Assembly (NCBI GenBank): GCA_039189765.1
Contig: JBCCYL010000004.1
Coordinates: forward strand, 32,001-96,000
Length of the DNA: 64,000 nt
Source: Cyanobacteria bacterium P01_F01_bin.150
GTDB taxonomy: Bacteria > Cyanobacteriota > Cyanobacteriia > CAKZMO01
Direction: 5' to 3'
The notes beneath the pieces are model-generated. The model saw only the letters and a program-made list of their open reading frames with translations, ran no database searches and was not told the origin of the DNA. Shown here piece after piece: positions 1 through 8,918 of the stretch; position 1 is the first letter of the stretch; every line of letters begins with the position of its first letter. The translations under genes were made by a program, and so were the position numbers.

Positions 1-477
1 GATACCGATATCCTGGGGGCCAAATTCGGGACGAGACTGGCGATCAAACGCCACCGTATCAGGTTGCTGGAGGCGTCTGAGAGTCTCTGGGTCACTTAAT
101 TCTGGTAGTTTAAAGACCGGGTCATTCAGATTAAAGCCATAGCTAAACATCGCTCGGTTAACGCGAGTTTCAGGGTTTTTCCACTGAACGTAGCCCACAT
201 ATAAGGGCATGACCCGTTTGACCCCTTTAATGCCAGCGGCTTGATAGATGCGTTCAATGGGGAACGGTTCGGAAGTGGTGATTTCTAAGGTCTTAGGGGA
301 GTATAAAAAAATATCCGCGTTCATCTGCTCATAAATCTGACTAGCAGTGAGGGATAACGCACCCATAAATCCCAAATTCATAAAAACCAGCAGAACCGCA
401 AACACCACCCCTGCGATCGCTGCCACCAGCCGAGTTTTCTCGTGTACTAAATTTAACCACGCCAATGGTGTTTTCAT
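1..477 (-). CDS. devC: ABC exporter permease, DevC family (5' part; runs off window edge)
   Basis: Manual translation from ATG at 477: MKTPLAWLNLVHEKTRLVAAIAGVVFAVLLVFMNLGFMGAL..., the typical DevC N-terminus; directly downstream of a DevB-like gene; absent from ORF track because truncated. Confidence 0.85.
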   Translation of the reverse strand, partial: MKTPLAWLNLVHEKTRLVAAIAGVVFAVLLVFMNLGFMGALSLTASQIYEQMNADIFLYSPKTLEITTSEPFPIERIYQAAGIKGVKRVMPLYVGYVQWKNPETRVNRAMFSYGFNLNDPVFKLPELSDPETLRRLQQPDTVAFDRQSRPEFGPQDIGI

Positions 478-553
478 TGGCCCAGTGAGTCCCCATGAGA
501 CCTTTTGTCGTCCCATCAAAGGAACCTTTAGACGCCCTAGCTTAATGTTCACG

Positions 554-1753
554 TCAGTCCCCTGCTACATCAATGCGCACGTCCACCTGCAAATTGGTTA
601 GGGCTTCCACTTTCTCACTGTCATCTAGCTGAACCCCTACCTCTACGACTCGCGCATCCGCATTTGCCGCAGGGTCATCATCCAACACATCATTTTTAAA
701 TATCTGCCAGCCAATTTCGGTAACCTTGCCCGTCAGGGTTTCTTCAAAGGCTCCGTTGCGGCTATTAATTTCCGCCGCTTGACCGATTTCCACCAGATTC
801 ACGTCGGTTTCATACACTTCAGCGATAACCACCATTTGCCGAGTGTTACCCAAATCCAGAATGCCATCGTTAGCGATCGCCTCCCCCGCCTCGGTCAGAA
901 CGTTTAGAACTCGGCCATTTTTTGGAGCACGAATCACCGTCCGCTCCAATCGAGCTTCAGCCAGCTCTAAATTACGCTCAGCCGAATCCACCGCCACTTG
1001 AACTTGAGCACGACTCAAGTCCGCTTGGGCCGATCGCAACTGATTATTGGCCAGCGCCAAATCCGTGGCGCGGGCTTCTTCTAGCTGAATCAGAGTTGCT
1101 TTTGCGTTGTTTAACTCTTCTTCAATCCGACGGGTGGTGGTCGCCTGTGAGTCAAACTGCTGTTCAGCGATCGCTCCCTCTGCAAACAAACCCTCAAATC
1201 GGTCCAAGTCCTCCTGGGCCAGCTCTAGTTCCGCTTCCAATCGACGAATGGTCGCCCTCTGGGCATCCATTTCTGAAGCTTTGGGTCGATCGGCCTGCTG
1301 AATGCGCGCCTCGGCTTCCTGAATTTGCGATTGGCCATAAGCTGTTTCCGCGCTCAGACTTTGTCGGGCCTCCGCTAACTGAGACACTGCATAATTCCGC
1401 TCCGCTTTACGCTCTCCGTGACTTTCAAGATAGGCAAGAACTTCATTTTCAATAACCTCCTGCCCCTCTTTAACCTCCAAGCGACTAATCCGTTCACCCA
1501 CAGGACCGCTGATACGCACCACTTCACCTTGGGGTTCAATTCGCCCCAGAGCGACTACAGACGTCCGCTGGAGTCGGGAAGGAGGATCGCTATCCCCCGC
1601 TTGAATCTCAGAGGAACTGTCGGAGCGGGCGAGGGTAGCAGAGCGGGTCTGATGATACTGAAACGCTCCCATTGCCAGCAACGCCAACGCGATGGCACCA
1701 CCAATCCACACCGTGGCACCCATTCGTCGTTGTGTTACTTCAGGTTTGACCAT
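554..1753 (-). CDS. devB: ABC exporter membrane fusion protein, DevB/HlyD family
   Basis: N-terminal TM, VVALGRIEPQGEV, long coiled coil, AEVYETD and DARVVEV motifs. Confidence 0.88.
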   Translation of the reverse strand: MVKPEVTQRRMGATVWIGGAIALALLAMGAFQYHQTRSATLARSDSSSEIQAGDSDPPSRLQRTSVVALGRIEPQGEVVRISGPVGERISRLEVKEGQEVIENEVLAYLESHGERKAERNYAVSQLAEARQSLSAETAYGQSQIQEAEARIQQADRPKASEMDAQRATIRRLEAELELAQEDLDRFEGLFAEGAIAEQQFDSQATTTRRIEEELNNAKATLIQLEEARATDLALANNQLRSAQADLSRAQVQVAVDSAERNLELAEARLERTVIRAPKNGRVLNVLTEAGEAIANDGILDLGNTRQMVVIAEVYETDVNLVEIGQAAEINSRNGAFEETLTGKVTEIGWQIFKNDVLDDDPAANADARVVEVGVQLDDSEKVEALTNLQVDVRIDVAGD

Positions 1754-1862
1754 TAGTTTATGCCTATTGCTTTGTCAGTGCGGAGATCTACGTCAAGTAG
1801 AGCAGCCAACATCTTTAGGATAAAGCGACTATCGACTTCAAGCTGGATTATCCACACAACAG

Positions 1863-1882
1863 ATTGCAATGATAATTATTTG
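1863..1882. promoter_or_regulatory. Possible Fur-box-like AT-rich site upstream of devB
   Basis: ATTGCAATGATAATTATTTG has one perfect TGATAAT half-site; second half degenerate. Confidence 0.25.
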
Positions 1883-2311
1883 ACAGGACTCGCTCCCTTA
1901 CCTCCCCCATTCAGGTGATATGGCCGTAGACACTTTTATTGGGAGGGAGAGTTTTTTGGGGGATGCGAACGTGTCCACACACAGACTCCTACACCAATTG
2001 TGAGCATGGTTACAATTGCTCTACTCAATCATGCTCTACGACTTTAGGGGGATGGGTCGTATGGCATTGCTGATATACTCTAAGGTGAGGTGGTGAAAAA
2101 CAACAGTACTGCTGTTTTGCCAAAGCCATATACGCCTTACACAGTTGTCGGCATGTGTTGGCACATGTTGGTATAGGACTTTCTCTCAAAAACTAAGCTG
2201 CTAAGGCTAAGTGCTCATCGTTTACTTAAGCTCATAGCGACTAGGGTCGTAAGTTCCATTGCATTGAAATGTCACCATTAAGATAGATTATGCTGCGGGG
2301 AGGCATACGCG

Positions 2312-3427
2312 TTGACCCAATCATCGAACCAAAGAATTGCCATTTCTTTAACAACCTTAATATTGATTCCACTTGTCGTTTTACTGCTAGTGGTGCTGTG
2401 GCAACTGCGCAGTCTTATTGTGCTTTTAATGATATCGGTTGTCCTTGCTGCGGCGATCGCTCCCATTGTCGAATGGGCCGAAAAATGGCGAATTCCACGA
2501 TGGCTTAGCGTGATTATCATATACCTGAGCATTATTGGTGGCGTGATTGGGATAGCTGTACTGATTGGTCCTACAGTGTTTGAACAATTGCAGCTATTGT
2601 TCCGTCAGATTCCCCTTGCGCTAAAAACATTAGTGACCGCCATTGAAGAGTGGATGGTGATGCAAAACGATGACCAGTCAGATCTCATTAACCAGGCGTT
2701 TAATCAATTTCTGGATGTTCAGGGATTAGTGAGCTGGGGAATTCGCTCAACTCAAAAGGTTGTGGTTCAGTCCGTTGGGGTGACAACCGATATTGTTGGA
2801 GGCGTCCTCAGCCTAATCTTGGCGCTATTTATATCGGGCTACATGCTGTCTGACAGTCGGACCCTGATTCGCAGTCTAACCTGTCTGTTTCCACAGCCTT
2901 GGGACGATCGGCTAATGGCTCAGGTCACGCCCATCAGCAATCGCATCGGTAGCTATGTTCGAGGCCGCATTTTAGTTTCGGCTATCCTAAGTATGGCAAT
3001 TGCCACCAGCCTTAGCATTCTTGGCCTTTCGGATTTTGCTTTGGGACTGGGTGCGATCGCTGGAGTAACGAATCTTATTCCGTTTATTGGTCCGTTTTTA
3101 GGAGCCATCCCTGCCCTGGTGGTCGCTCTATCTCAAGGCTGGTGGATGGTGCTATGGGTTTTGCTGTTGTTTATTGTTGTTCAGAACATCGAGACCTATA
3201 TCTTAGATCCGCTACTTGTTGGATCGTCCGTGGGAGTCCATCCCCTTTATCAGCTATTGGCAGTAATCGGAGGGACTCAGCTCTTGGGGATACTTGGAGC
3301 AGTCATTGTTCCCCCTTGGATTGCAGGAGCTGCGGTCCTGTTGGATAATCTCTATCTACAGCCCAAACTAATTGCGGATAAACGATTAGTCCTAAAGAAT
3401 CTTGAACCATTTCCGCCCATACAGTAG
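2312..3427 (+). CDS. AI-2E family transporter (PerM-like)
   Basis: Multi-TM protein with NLIPFIGP and P-x-LVG-x-SVGVHP motifs. Confidence 0.88.
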   Translation: MTQSSNQRIAISLTTLILIPLVVLLLVVLWQLRSLIVLLMISVVLAAAIAPIVEWAEKWRIPRWLSVIIIYLSIIGGVIGIAVLIGPTVFEQLQLLFRQIPLALKTLVTAIEEWMVMQNDDQSDLINQAFNQFLDVQGLVSWGIRSTQKVVVQSVGVTTDIVGGVLSLILALFISGYMLSDSRTLIRSLTCLFPQPWDDRLMAQVTPISNRIGSYVRGRILVSAILSMAIATSLSILGLSDFALGLGAIAGVTNLIPFIGPFLGAIPALVVALSQGWWMVLWVLLLFIVVQNIETYILDPLLVGSSVGVHPLYQLLAVIGGTQLLGILGAVIVPPWIAGAAVLLDNLYLQPKLIADKRLVLKNLEPFPPIQ

Positions 3428-3441
3428 TAATAGTGCAGTAG

Positions 3442-3735
3442 CTAAATGCGCCCCATCATCATGGTTAAGAGGCCCTGCTGACCCAGTAGTAGCTCTCGCA
3501 GTAGAGTAACAATGCCGACGCATAGGATGGGCGTAATATCAATCCCCCCCATGGAAGGCACCACTTTACGCAGCGGCATCAAAAAAGGTTCCGTTGGCCA
3601 TGCCACCAAGTTAAATGGCAATTTATTTAAGTCCACTTGAGGATACCAAGTCAACACAATTCTTAAAATAAAGAGCAGAGTCATTAACGCTAGGAATAAT
3701 CCAATGCTCCAAGAGGCAGCAGTATAGATCGACAT
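3442..3735 (-). CDS. YggT/Ycf19 (YlmG) family membrane protein
   Basis: RIVLTWYP...PTEPFLMPLRKVVPSMGGIDITP; divergent from psbX as usual in cyanobacteria; start set at MSIYT (3735). Confidence 0.88.
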   Translation of the reverse strand: MSIYTAASWSIGLFLALMTLLFILRIVLTWYPQVDLNKLPFNLVAWPTEPFLMPLRKVVPSMGGIDITPILCVGIVTLLRELLLGQQGLLTMMMGRI

Positions 3736-3867
3736 GGCATTCTTAATTAACAGCATTTAAGTGCCTTTTATAATATCGTTTTGTTTTCGGGCTTCTCAAG
3801 GGTAAGGTGGAACGATAAGATATATTGATGAAGATTTAACATTGTCAATCTTAGGGTTCAGATAGTT

Positions 3868-3984
3868 ATGACGCCATCGTTAGCGAATTTTTTCTATAGC
3901 CTACTTGCAGGTGCACTTATTGTTGTAATTCCAGTTACCATCGCTCTAATCTTCATTAGCCAAGCTGATAAAATCCGTCGTTAG
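3868..3984 (+). CDS. psbX: Photosystem II reaction center X protein
   Basis: Manual translation MTPSLANFFYSLLAGALIVVIPVTIALIFISQADKIRR (38 aa, below ORF-track cutoff); yggT-psbX-ycf66 synteny. Confidence 0.95.
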   Translation: MTPSLANFFYSLLAGALIVVIPVTIALIFISQADKIRR

Positions 3985-4060
3985 GCTTCTAGCTGCTAAA
4001 GATTTAATCTGCCCATGCAGTTCAGTAAACAGCATTTGTTTAGAGCCGCAATCTAAGCGT

Positions 4061-4094
4061 GCAGGGTATAGATAAAATATGATCTATGCCCTGT
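4061..4094 (+). terminator. Stem-loop downstream of psbX
   Basis: GCAGGGTATAGAT...ATCTATGCCCTGT inverted repeat followed by TTT. Confidence 0.5.
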
Positions 4095-4179
4095 TTCTAT
4101 TGGTGCAACGCCATCGAATTATCCTTAAGCAGGAATGTGACGCTACCATAGTTAAGAGACAGCCAAAAGAGGATAAGAC

Positions 4180-5067
4180 ATGATTAATTTTGGGGGCGGA
4201 ATTCCGTTTTTCCTGGGTATATTTTTGGTGTTGTGCGGTGTAGCGCTGTATGCACTGCGTTCATATCGTCCCCAGCTTGCTCGGGATCACGATATTTTCT
4301 TTGCTGCAATCTCTTCGATTAGCGGTTTTATCCTTATGTTTCAAGGATGGCAGCTAAACCCTATTCTACAGTTGGGGCAGGTGGCAATCGCTGGCTCTGC
4401 TGTTTTCTTTGCCATCGAAAACATTCGGCTTCGTGGTATCACCACAGAGCAAGCCAAACGAAATACACCCATCGTCGATGATGATCGGCCTGTTAGCCGA
4501 GATTATGACTATGAAGACGATTATGGAGCAAGGGATTCCCGTTCCCGAGGGGACTATGCTGAGTTTTATTCACGGGATGATCGAGATCGGTCCCGTCGAA
4601 TCGCATCTGGACGTTCTAGGCGGATAGAACGGGATGAGTGGAGAGGCGATTATGAGGACGCGCCTCGCCGCATGGCTCCCCGTCGTGATTGGCGTGAAGA
4701 TGAACGAAGATATGATTATGAAGATCGGCCCCGTAGACGGTTGCCACGTTCCCCCCGTCGGGAGTCGGAGCCTGCTATTGTTGATGCAACTTGGGACGAA
4801 GCACCTCGTTCCCCCAACGGTCCACGGCAGGATTCATATCGAGCCATTCCGCCTAGTCGAGAGTCTGGCCCAAATCTTAGAAGAGCAGATGGTTACGGCG
4901 ATCGCTATCCTAGCCAAAATTCCGCTTCGTCATCTCCTACCAACAAGTCCTATGACGATGAACCGCCAGTCATTAATGTGAGCTACGCTAATTATCGGCC
5001 CACTGATTCCAATTCGGATGCGGACGATGGCGAAGAAGATAACAGCGGCTACCAAGATTTCTACTAA
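4180..5067 (+). CDS. ycf66: Ycf66 family protein
   Basis: RPQLARDHDIFFAA, QGWQLNPILQLGQ, then R/D-rich low-complexity tail. Confidence 0.92.
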   Translation: MINFGGGIPFFLGIFLVLCGVALYALRSYRPQLARDHDIFFAAISSISGFILMFQGWQLNPILQLGQVAIAGSAVFFAIENIRLRGITTEQAKRNTPIVDDDRPVSRDYDYEDDYGARDSRSRGDYAEFYSRDDRDRSRRIASGRSRRIERDEWRGDYEDAPRRMAPRRDWREDERRYDYEDRPRRRLPRSPRRESEPAIVDATWDEAPRSPNGPRQDSYRAIPPSRESGPNLRRADGYGDRYPSQNSASSSPTNKSYDDEPPVINVSYANYRPTDSNSDADDGEEDNSGYQDFY

Positions 5068-5085
5068 CGTCATTTATTGCAACCT

Positions 5086-5439
5086 ATGCCTTTAATTCGA
5101 GTTCAAGCCTCCTCATCTGCGGTTGAGAAAGAAGATATTACGACATTACTACAGTCTTTATCGTCAACCTTAGCTCAACAACTGGGAAAGCCGGAATCCT
5201 ATGTCATGACCTCGTTCCAATCCGACGTGGCGATGACGTTTGCAGGAACACCAGATCCATCATGCTTAATCGAGATTAAGAGCGTTGGCACCATGGGAGG
5301 CAGCAAAACAAAAGCAATGAGCCAGACGTTTTGCCAAATGGTTGAAGAGTCCTTGGGCATTCCTAAAAATAGGACCTATATTGATTTTGTTGATTCGCCA
5401 GGGGCGATGTGGGGCTGGAATGGGGCAACCTTTGGCTAA
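5086..5439 (+). CDS. MIF / phenylpyruvate tautomerase family protein
   Basis: Start MPLIRV leaves catalytic Pro1; GKPESYVM, EIKSVG, MWGWNGATF. Confidence 0.9.
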   Translation: MPLIRVQASSSAVEKEDITTLLQSLSSTLAQQLGKPESYVMTSFQSDVAMTFAGTPDPSCLIEIKSVGTMGGSKTKAMSQTFCQMVEESLGIPKNRTYIDFVDSPGAMWGWNGATFG

Positions 5440-5442
5440 GGC

Positions 5443-5517
5443 GGGCCATTAGGCGCAACAAAATTAGCAGCAGTTTGAACACGAGACTTCAACACTGCCC
5501 GTCTAAAGTTAATACCC
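5443..5517 (+). mobile_element. Degenerate copy of ~80-bp MITE/REP-like element (subfamily 1)
   Basis: AGGCGCAACAAAATTA...GCAGT..ACTGC..GTCTAAAGTTAATACCC matches both ends of the family. Confidence 0.5.
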
Positions 5518-5539
5518 GCTGAGGCAGACATAACAGACG

Positions 5540-6208
5540 ATGAAAGAGGCCATTCTTTTTGACTTAGACGGTACGTTAACAAATACGGATACCGTCCATT
5601 ATGAGACGTGGCAGGATCTTTTGCGGGACTACAGTCTTGAGATTGATCCGATCTACTACGATAAGCATTTTAGCGGTCGGATGAATAAAGATATTCTCCG
5701 AGACATATTGCCTCAATTATCTGAGGCGGAGGCGGTTGCATTGGGCGATCGCAAAGAAGCTGAATTTCGCCGACGGGCCGAAACCTCCCTTGTTCCTCTC
5801 GCTGGCCTGCTCTTCTTACTTGATTGGTGCGATCGCAACCACATCGGGAAAGCCGTCGTGACCAACGCTCCCGTGGCAAATGCAGAGTTTATGCTGCGGG
5901 TCCTGAAGCTTCACGATCGCTTTCCAATATTGATTATTGGGGAACAGGTAGAGTTTGGCAAGCCGCACCCCATGCCCTATCAAGTGGGATTAGAAAAATT
6001 AGGGGTAGATGCTTCAAGGGCGATCGCGTTTGAAGATTCACCTACAGGTATCAAATCCTCCGTAGGAGCAGGGTTGTATACGGTTGGACTTGATTCAACC
6101 CATCCAGCTCAAAAGCTCTATGCGATGGGAGCAAGCATGGTCGTTTCCGACTTTACCGATGCTGAGCTGATGAGCTTTCTGCAAACAGAATTCGGCCATC
6201 AACTTTAA
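5540..6208 (+). CDS. HAD-IA family phosphatase (CbbY/beta-PGM-like)
   Basis: FDLDGTL motif I, VTNA, GKPHP, FEDSPTG. Confidence 0.9.
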   Translation: MKEAILFDLDGTLTNTDTVHYETWQDLLRDYSLEIDPIYYDKHFSGRMNKDILRDILPQLSEAEAVALGDRKEAEFRRRAETSLVPLAGLLFLLDWCDRNHIGKAVVTNAPVANAEFMLRVLKLHDRFPILIIGEQVEFGKPHPMPYQVGLEKLGVDASRAIAFEDSPTGIKSSVGAGLYTVGLDSTHPAQKLYAMGASMVVSDFTDAELMSFLQTEFGHQL

Positions 6209-6267
6209 CGGTAGTGTAGGCACTCCGCGCCACACTACCGTTTTTGGGTTCGTCTTAAAACGAAACC
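6194..6267 (-). mobile_element. ~80-bp MITE/REP-like element (subfamily 1), overlapping HAD stop codon
   Basis: CATCAACTTTAA-CGGTAGTGT..ACACTACCG-..TTCGTCTTAAAACGAAACC. Confidence 0.7.
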
Positions 6268-6296
6268 TTGCTATTCAATATTTTGGGAAGGTTAGT

Positions 6297-7706
6297 CTAA
6301 GCGTTAGCAACAGTTGGGCGATCGCTCTGCATTCGCTCATCTTCCATATCTTTTTGAACCTGTTCCGATAATGAAGGAATGCCATCATCCCCTGTAATTA
6401 ATCTCACTCCACGCTTGCGAGTGAAATAATTCCAAGCCCATTGAGTCATGACTAATAGCTTATTATCGAACTCAATTAAGTAATAGATATGGATAAAAAT
6501 CCAGATAAACCATGCGGGAAAGCCAGAGAACTTGGCAAATCCTAAGTTTGCAACAGCCGCGTTGCGACCAATCACTGCCATGCTGCCATAGTCCTTAAAC
6601 CGAAAAGGCACAACAGTTTGGCTTCTCAATCGCTTATTAATAACGCCACCAATATACTCACCCTGCTGCATCGCCACAGATGCAGTTCCAGGTAAGGGGC
6701 TATCATCTTGGTGAGCGTAGTGCGCCAAATCGCCAAGGACATAGATGTTTGAATATCCTGGAACACTCATATCTTCCTCTACCATGACTCGACCAGCCCT
6801 ATCAAGCTCTGCACCAGTCTTATCAGCAATGACCTTGCCCAATGGAGACGCCTGCATACCCGCAGCCCACAGCACGGTACCAGAAAGGATTTGCTCCATC
6901 TGATCACCAGACTTGAGGGTTACAACATCACCATCAATGCCCGTGACCAATGTTTTAGTCCGCACTGTAACCCCTAATTTCTCAAGAGAGTCTTGGGCCT
7001 TCACAGATAGTTCCGAAGGATAAGGCGGCAGCACCCGCTCCATGCCTTCGAGCAGTAAAACTGCTGTTTGGGTTGTATCAATATTGCGAAAATCTTCTTT
7101 CAAAGTGCCATAGGCCAACTCTGCCAAGGCACCCGCTAACTCCACTCCAGTTGGCCCACCGCCGACGACAACAAACGTTTGAAGCGCTTTGCGGCGAGCT
7201 GGATCAGATTCCTTCTCTGCGGCTTCAAACGCCAGAAAAATCCGACGCCGAACTTCAAGCGCATCCTCGATCGTCTTGATTCCGGGCGCAATATCAGCCC
7301 ACTCATCCTTGCCAAAATAGTGATGTTTCACCCCTGTGGCAATAATAAGGCTGTCGTAGTCAACAACTTCACCGTTTTTAAGGGCAACCTGCTGATTGTC
7401 AGGATCGAAAGCAATAACTTCACCCATAAGAACCTGAACATTCTTTTGGCCCCTTAGAACAGCCCTTAAGGGAGAGGAAATATCTCCAGCGGAGAGACCG
7501 CCTGTCGCTACCTGATAAAGCAAAGGCTGAAAAAGATGAAAGTTTCGCTTATCAATTAATGTGACCTTAATATTGTCATACCCAAGAGACTTTGCTGCAT
7601 AGAGACCACCAAAGCCGCCACCAACGATGACAACATGGTGAGCTTGCTTCGCTTTTTCATTCTGACCGTTAGATGATGATTGCTTTGGCGATAAGACAGC
7701 TGTCAT
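6297..7706 (-). CDS. Type II NADH dehydrogenase (NDH-2)
   Basis: Two GxGxxG motifs (GGGFGG, GGGPTGVE), FQPLLYQVATG, WAAG. Confidence 0.92.
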   Translation of the reverse strand: MTAVLSPKQSSSNGQNEKAKQAHHVVIVGGGFGGLYAAKSLGYDNIKVTLIDKRNFHLFQPLLYQVATGGLSAGDISSPLRAVLRGQKNVQVLMGEVIAFDPDNQQVALKNGEVVDYDSLIIATGVKHHYFGKDEWADIAPGIKTIEDALEVRRRIFLAFEAAEKESDPARRKALQTFVVVGGGPTGVELAGALAELAYGTLKEDFRNIDTTQTAVLLLEGMERVLPPYPSELSVKAQDSLEKLGVTVRTKTLVTGIDGDVVTLKSGDQMEQILSGTVLWAAGMQASPLGKVIADKTGAELDRAGRVMVEEDMSVPGYSNIYVLGDLAHYAHQDDSPLPGTASVAMQQGEYIGGVINKRLRSQTVVPFRFKDYGSMAVIGRNAAVANLGFAKFSGFPAWFIWIFIHIYYLIEFDNKLLVMTQWAWNYFTRKRGVRLITGDDGIPSLSEQVQKDMEDERMQSDRPTVANA

Positions 7707-8326
7707 AAGTCTTAATTTATATTTATAAGAATTACAATTTATACTATTTGATAATGCAAAAATACACTACCCTAATCTGGGGTCTTCACAGAACTTTTTT
7801 GCCCAAGTGTCTTCTTTGTACTGTGGTTTCACATAGACAGCTTGTTTAACATCTTTCACTCTATAGATGTACGGCTTTACCCACAATCGCCCATAAACCG
7901 TAAACTATTCTAGTTTTTTCCGGATTCGTCATTTATTGTTTTTGCAAACAACCTGTAAGCATAGGTGGGGCTATCCATGTGCCATTTGAGCCACTATTGT
8001 CATGGTTTGCAGAAATTAGAGACGCTCATCATTCCTATTTGACAATCCATCCCCATTTAGATCTTCAGAAGCAACATTTCCAAATCAGTGATTCCGCCCC
8101 AAAGCTGAAGTGCCTCCGATTTGGGGGAATACACAGCATATACCCTACCACAAGCTAATTCCTTTAAATCGGTTGAGATGTATTTTAGGTGAACTTACGA
8201 TAAGCCGATATGAAGGAAATGTAGAGTCTAGTATGCAATCCTGACTTGTTTTGTCCACAAGCGTAAAACACCTTAATTGTGAATGTGATTTGGTCTTTTA
8301 TTCTATCCCTTGTGGATATTGTGGTG

Positions 8327-8845
8327 ATGAATCAGAGTATTGCTCCGCACATCGTTTTTCTAAGTTGGCTGTTTAAAGGAAAAGCCAATACGGTGGAACG
8401 CGGATTCACCCTAATTGAGTTACTGGTCGTAATTGTTATTGGCGGGATTTTATCGGCGATCGCCTTACCTACATTTTTAAGTCAGGCCAATAAAGCCAAA
8501 GAATCTGAAGCGCGAGTATATGTCGGTAGCGTCAACAGAGCCCAACAGACCTACTTTATGGAACAAACGGCATTTTCAAACGATATTGACAAGTTAGGTT
8601 TGGGAATATCAAAGACAACAGAAAACTATACCTATGCAACTGTATTAGATACGGATAGTGGCGATGACGTTGCCTACACCACAGCGACGCAGCAACCGAC
8701 CACCAAACAGGCACTGCGGGCCTTTTCTGGTCAAGCCTGGAATGGAGTCAGTGGCAGTGGCCTTCTGTCTTTTGCCATTGTCTGTGAGAGCAAACCTGGT
8801 GGGAGTCCACCAACCATCGCAAGTCATCAGTGCCCTAGCCCCTAA
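8327..8845 (+). CDS. Type IV pilin-like protein (pilin G/H family)
   Basis: Prepilin cleavage/methylation motif G|FTLIELLVV; KAKESEAR..NRAQQTYF; C-terminal Cys pair. Confidence 0.88.
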   Translation: MNQSIAPHIVFLSWLFKGKANTVERGFTLIELLVVIVIGGILSAIALPTFLSQANKAKESEARVYVGSVNRAQQTYFMEQTAFSNDIDKLGLGISKTTENYTYATVLDTDSGDDVAYTTATQQPTTKQALRAFSGQAWNGVSGSGLLSFAIVCESKPGGSPPTIASHQCPSP

Positions 8846-8868
8846 AGAACTCAAAATATAGGCGAAAA

Positions 8869-8916
8869 GGGGATCAACTTTAAGCGGGTAGTGGGGGCGA
8901 TCCGCACCCACACTAC
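8869..8916 (-). mobile_element. Partial MITE/REP-like element (subfamily 1) between convergent pilin and ppk1
   Basis: GGGGATCAACTTTAAGCGG-GTAGTGGGGGCG..CGCACCCACACTAC. Confidence 0.6.
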
Positions 8917-8918
8917 AG

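Noticed and set aside
922..1756. Plus-strand ORFs opposite devB, and similar shadow ORFs throughout (for example 30807-31331, 31707-32207, 20790-21257)
   Set aside because: Fully overlap well-supported genes and have no recognisable motifs
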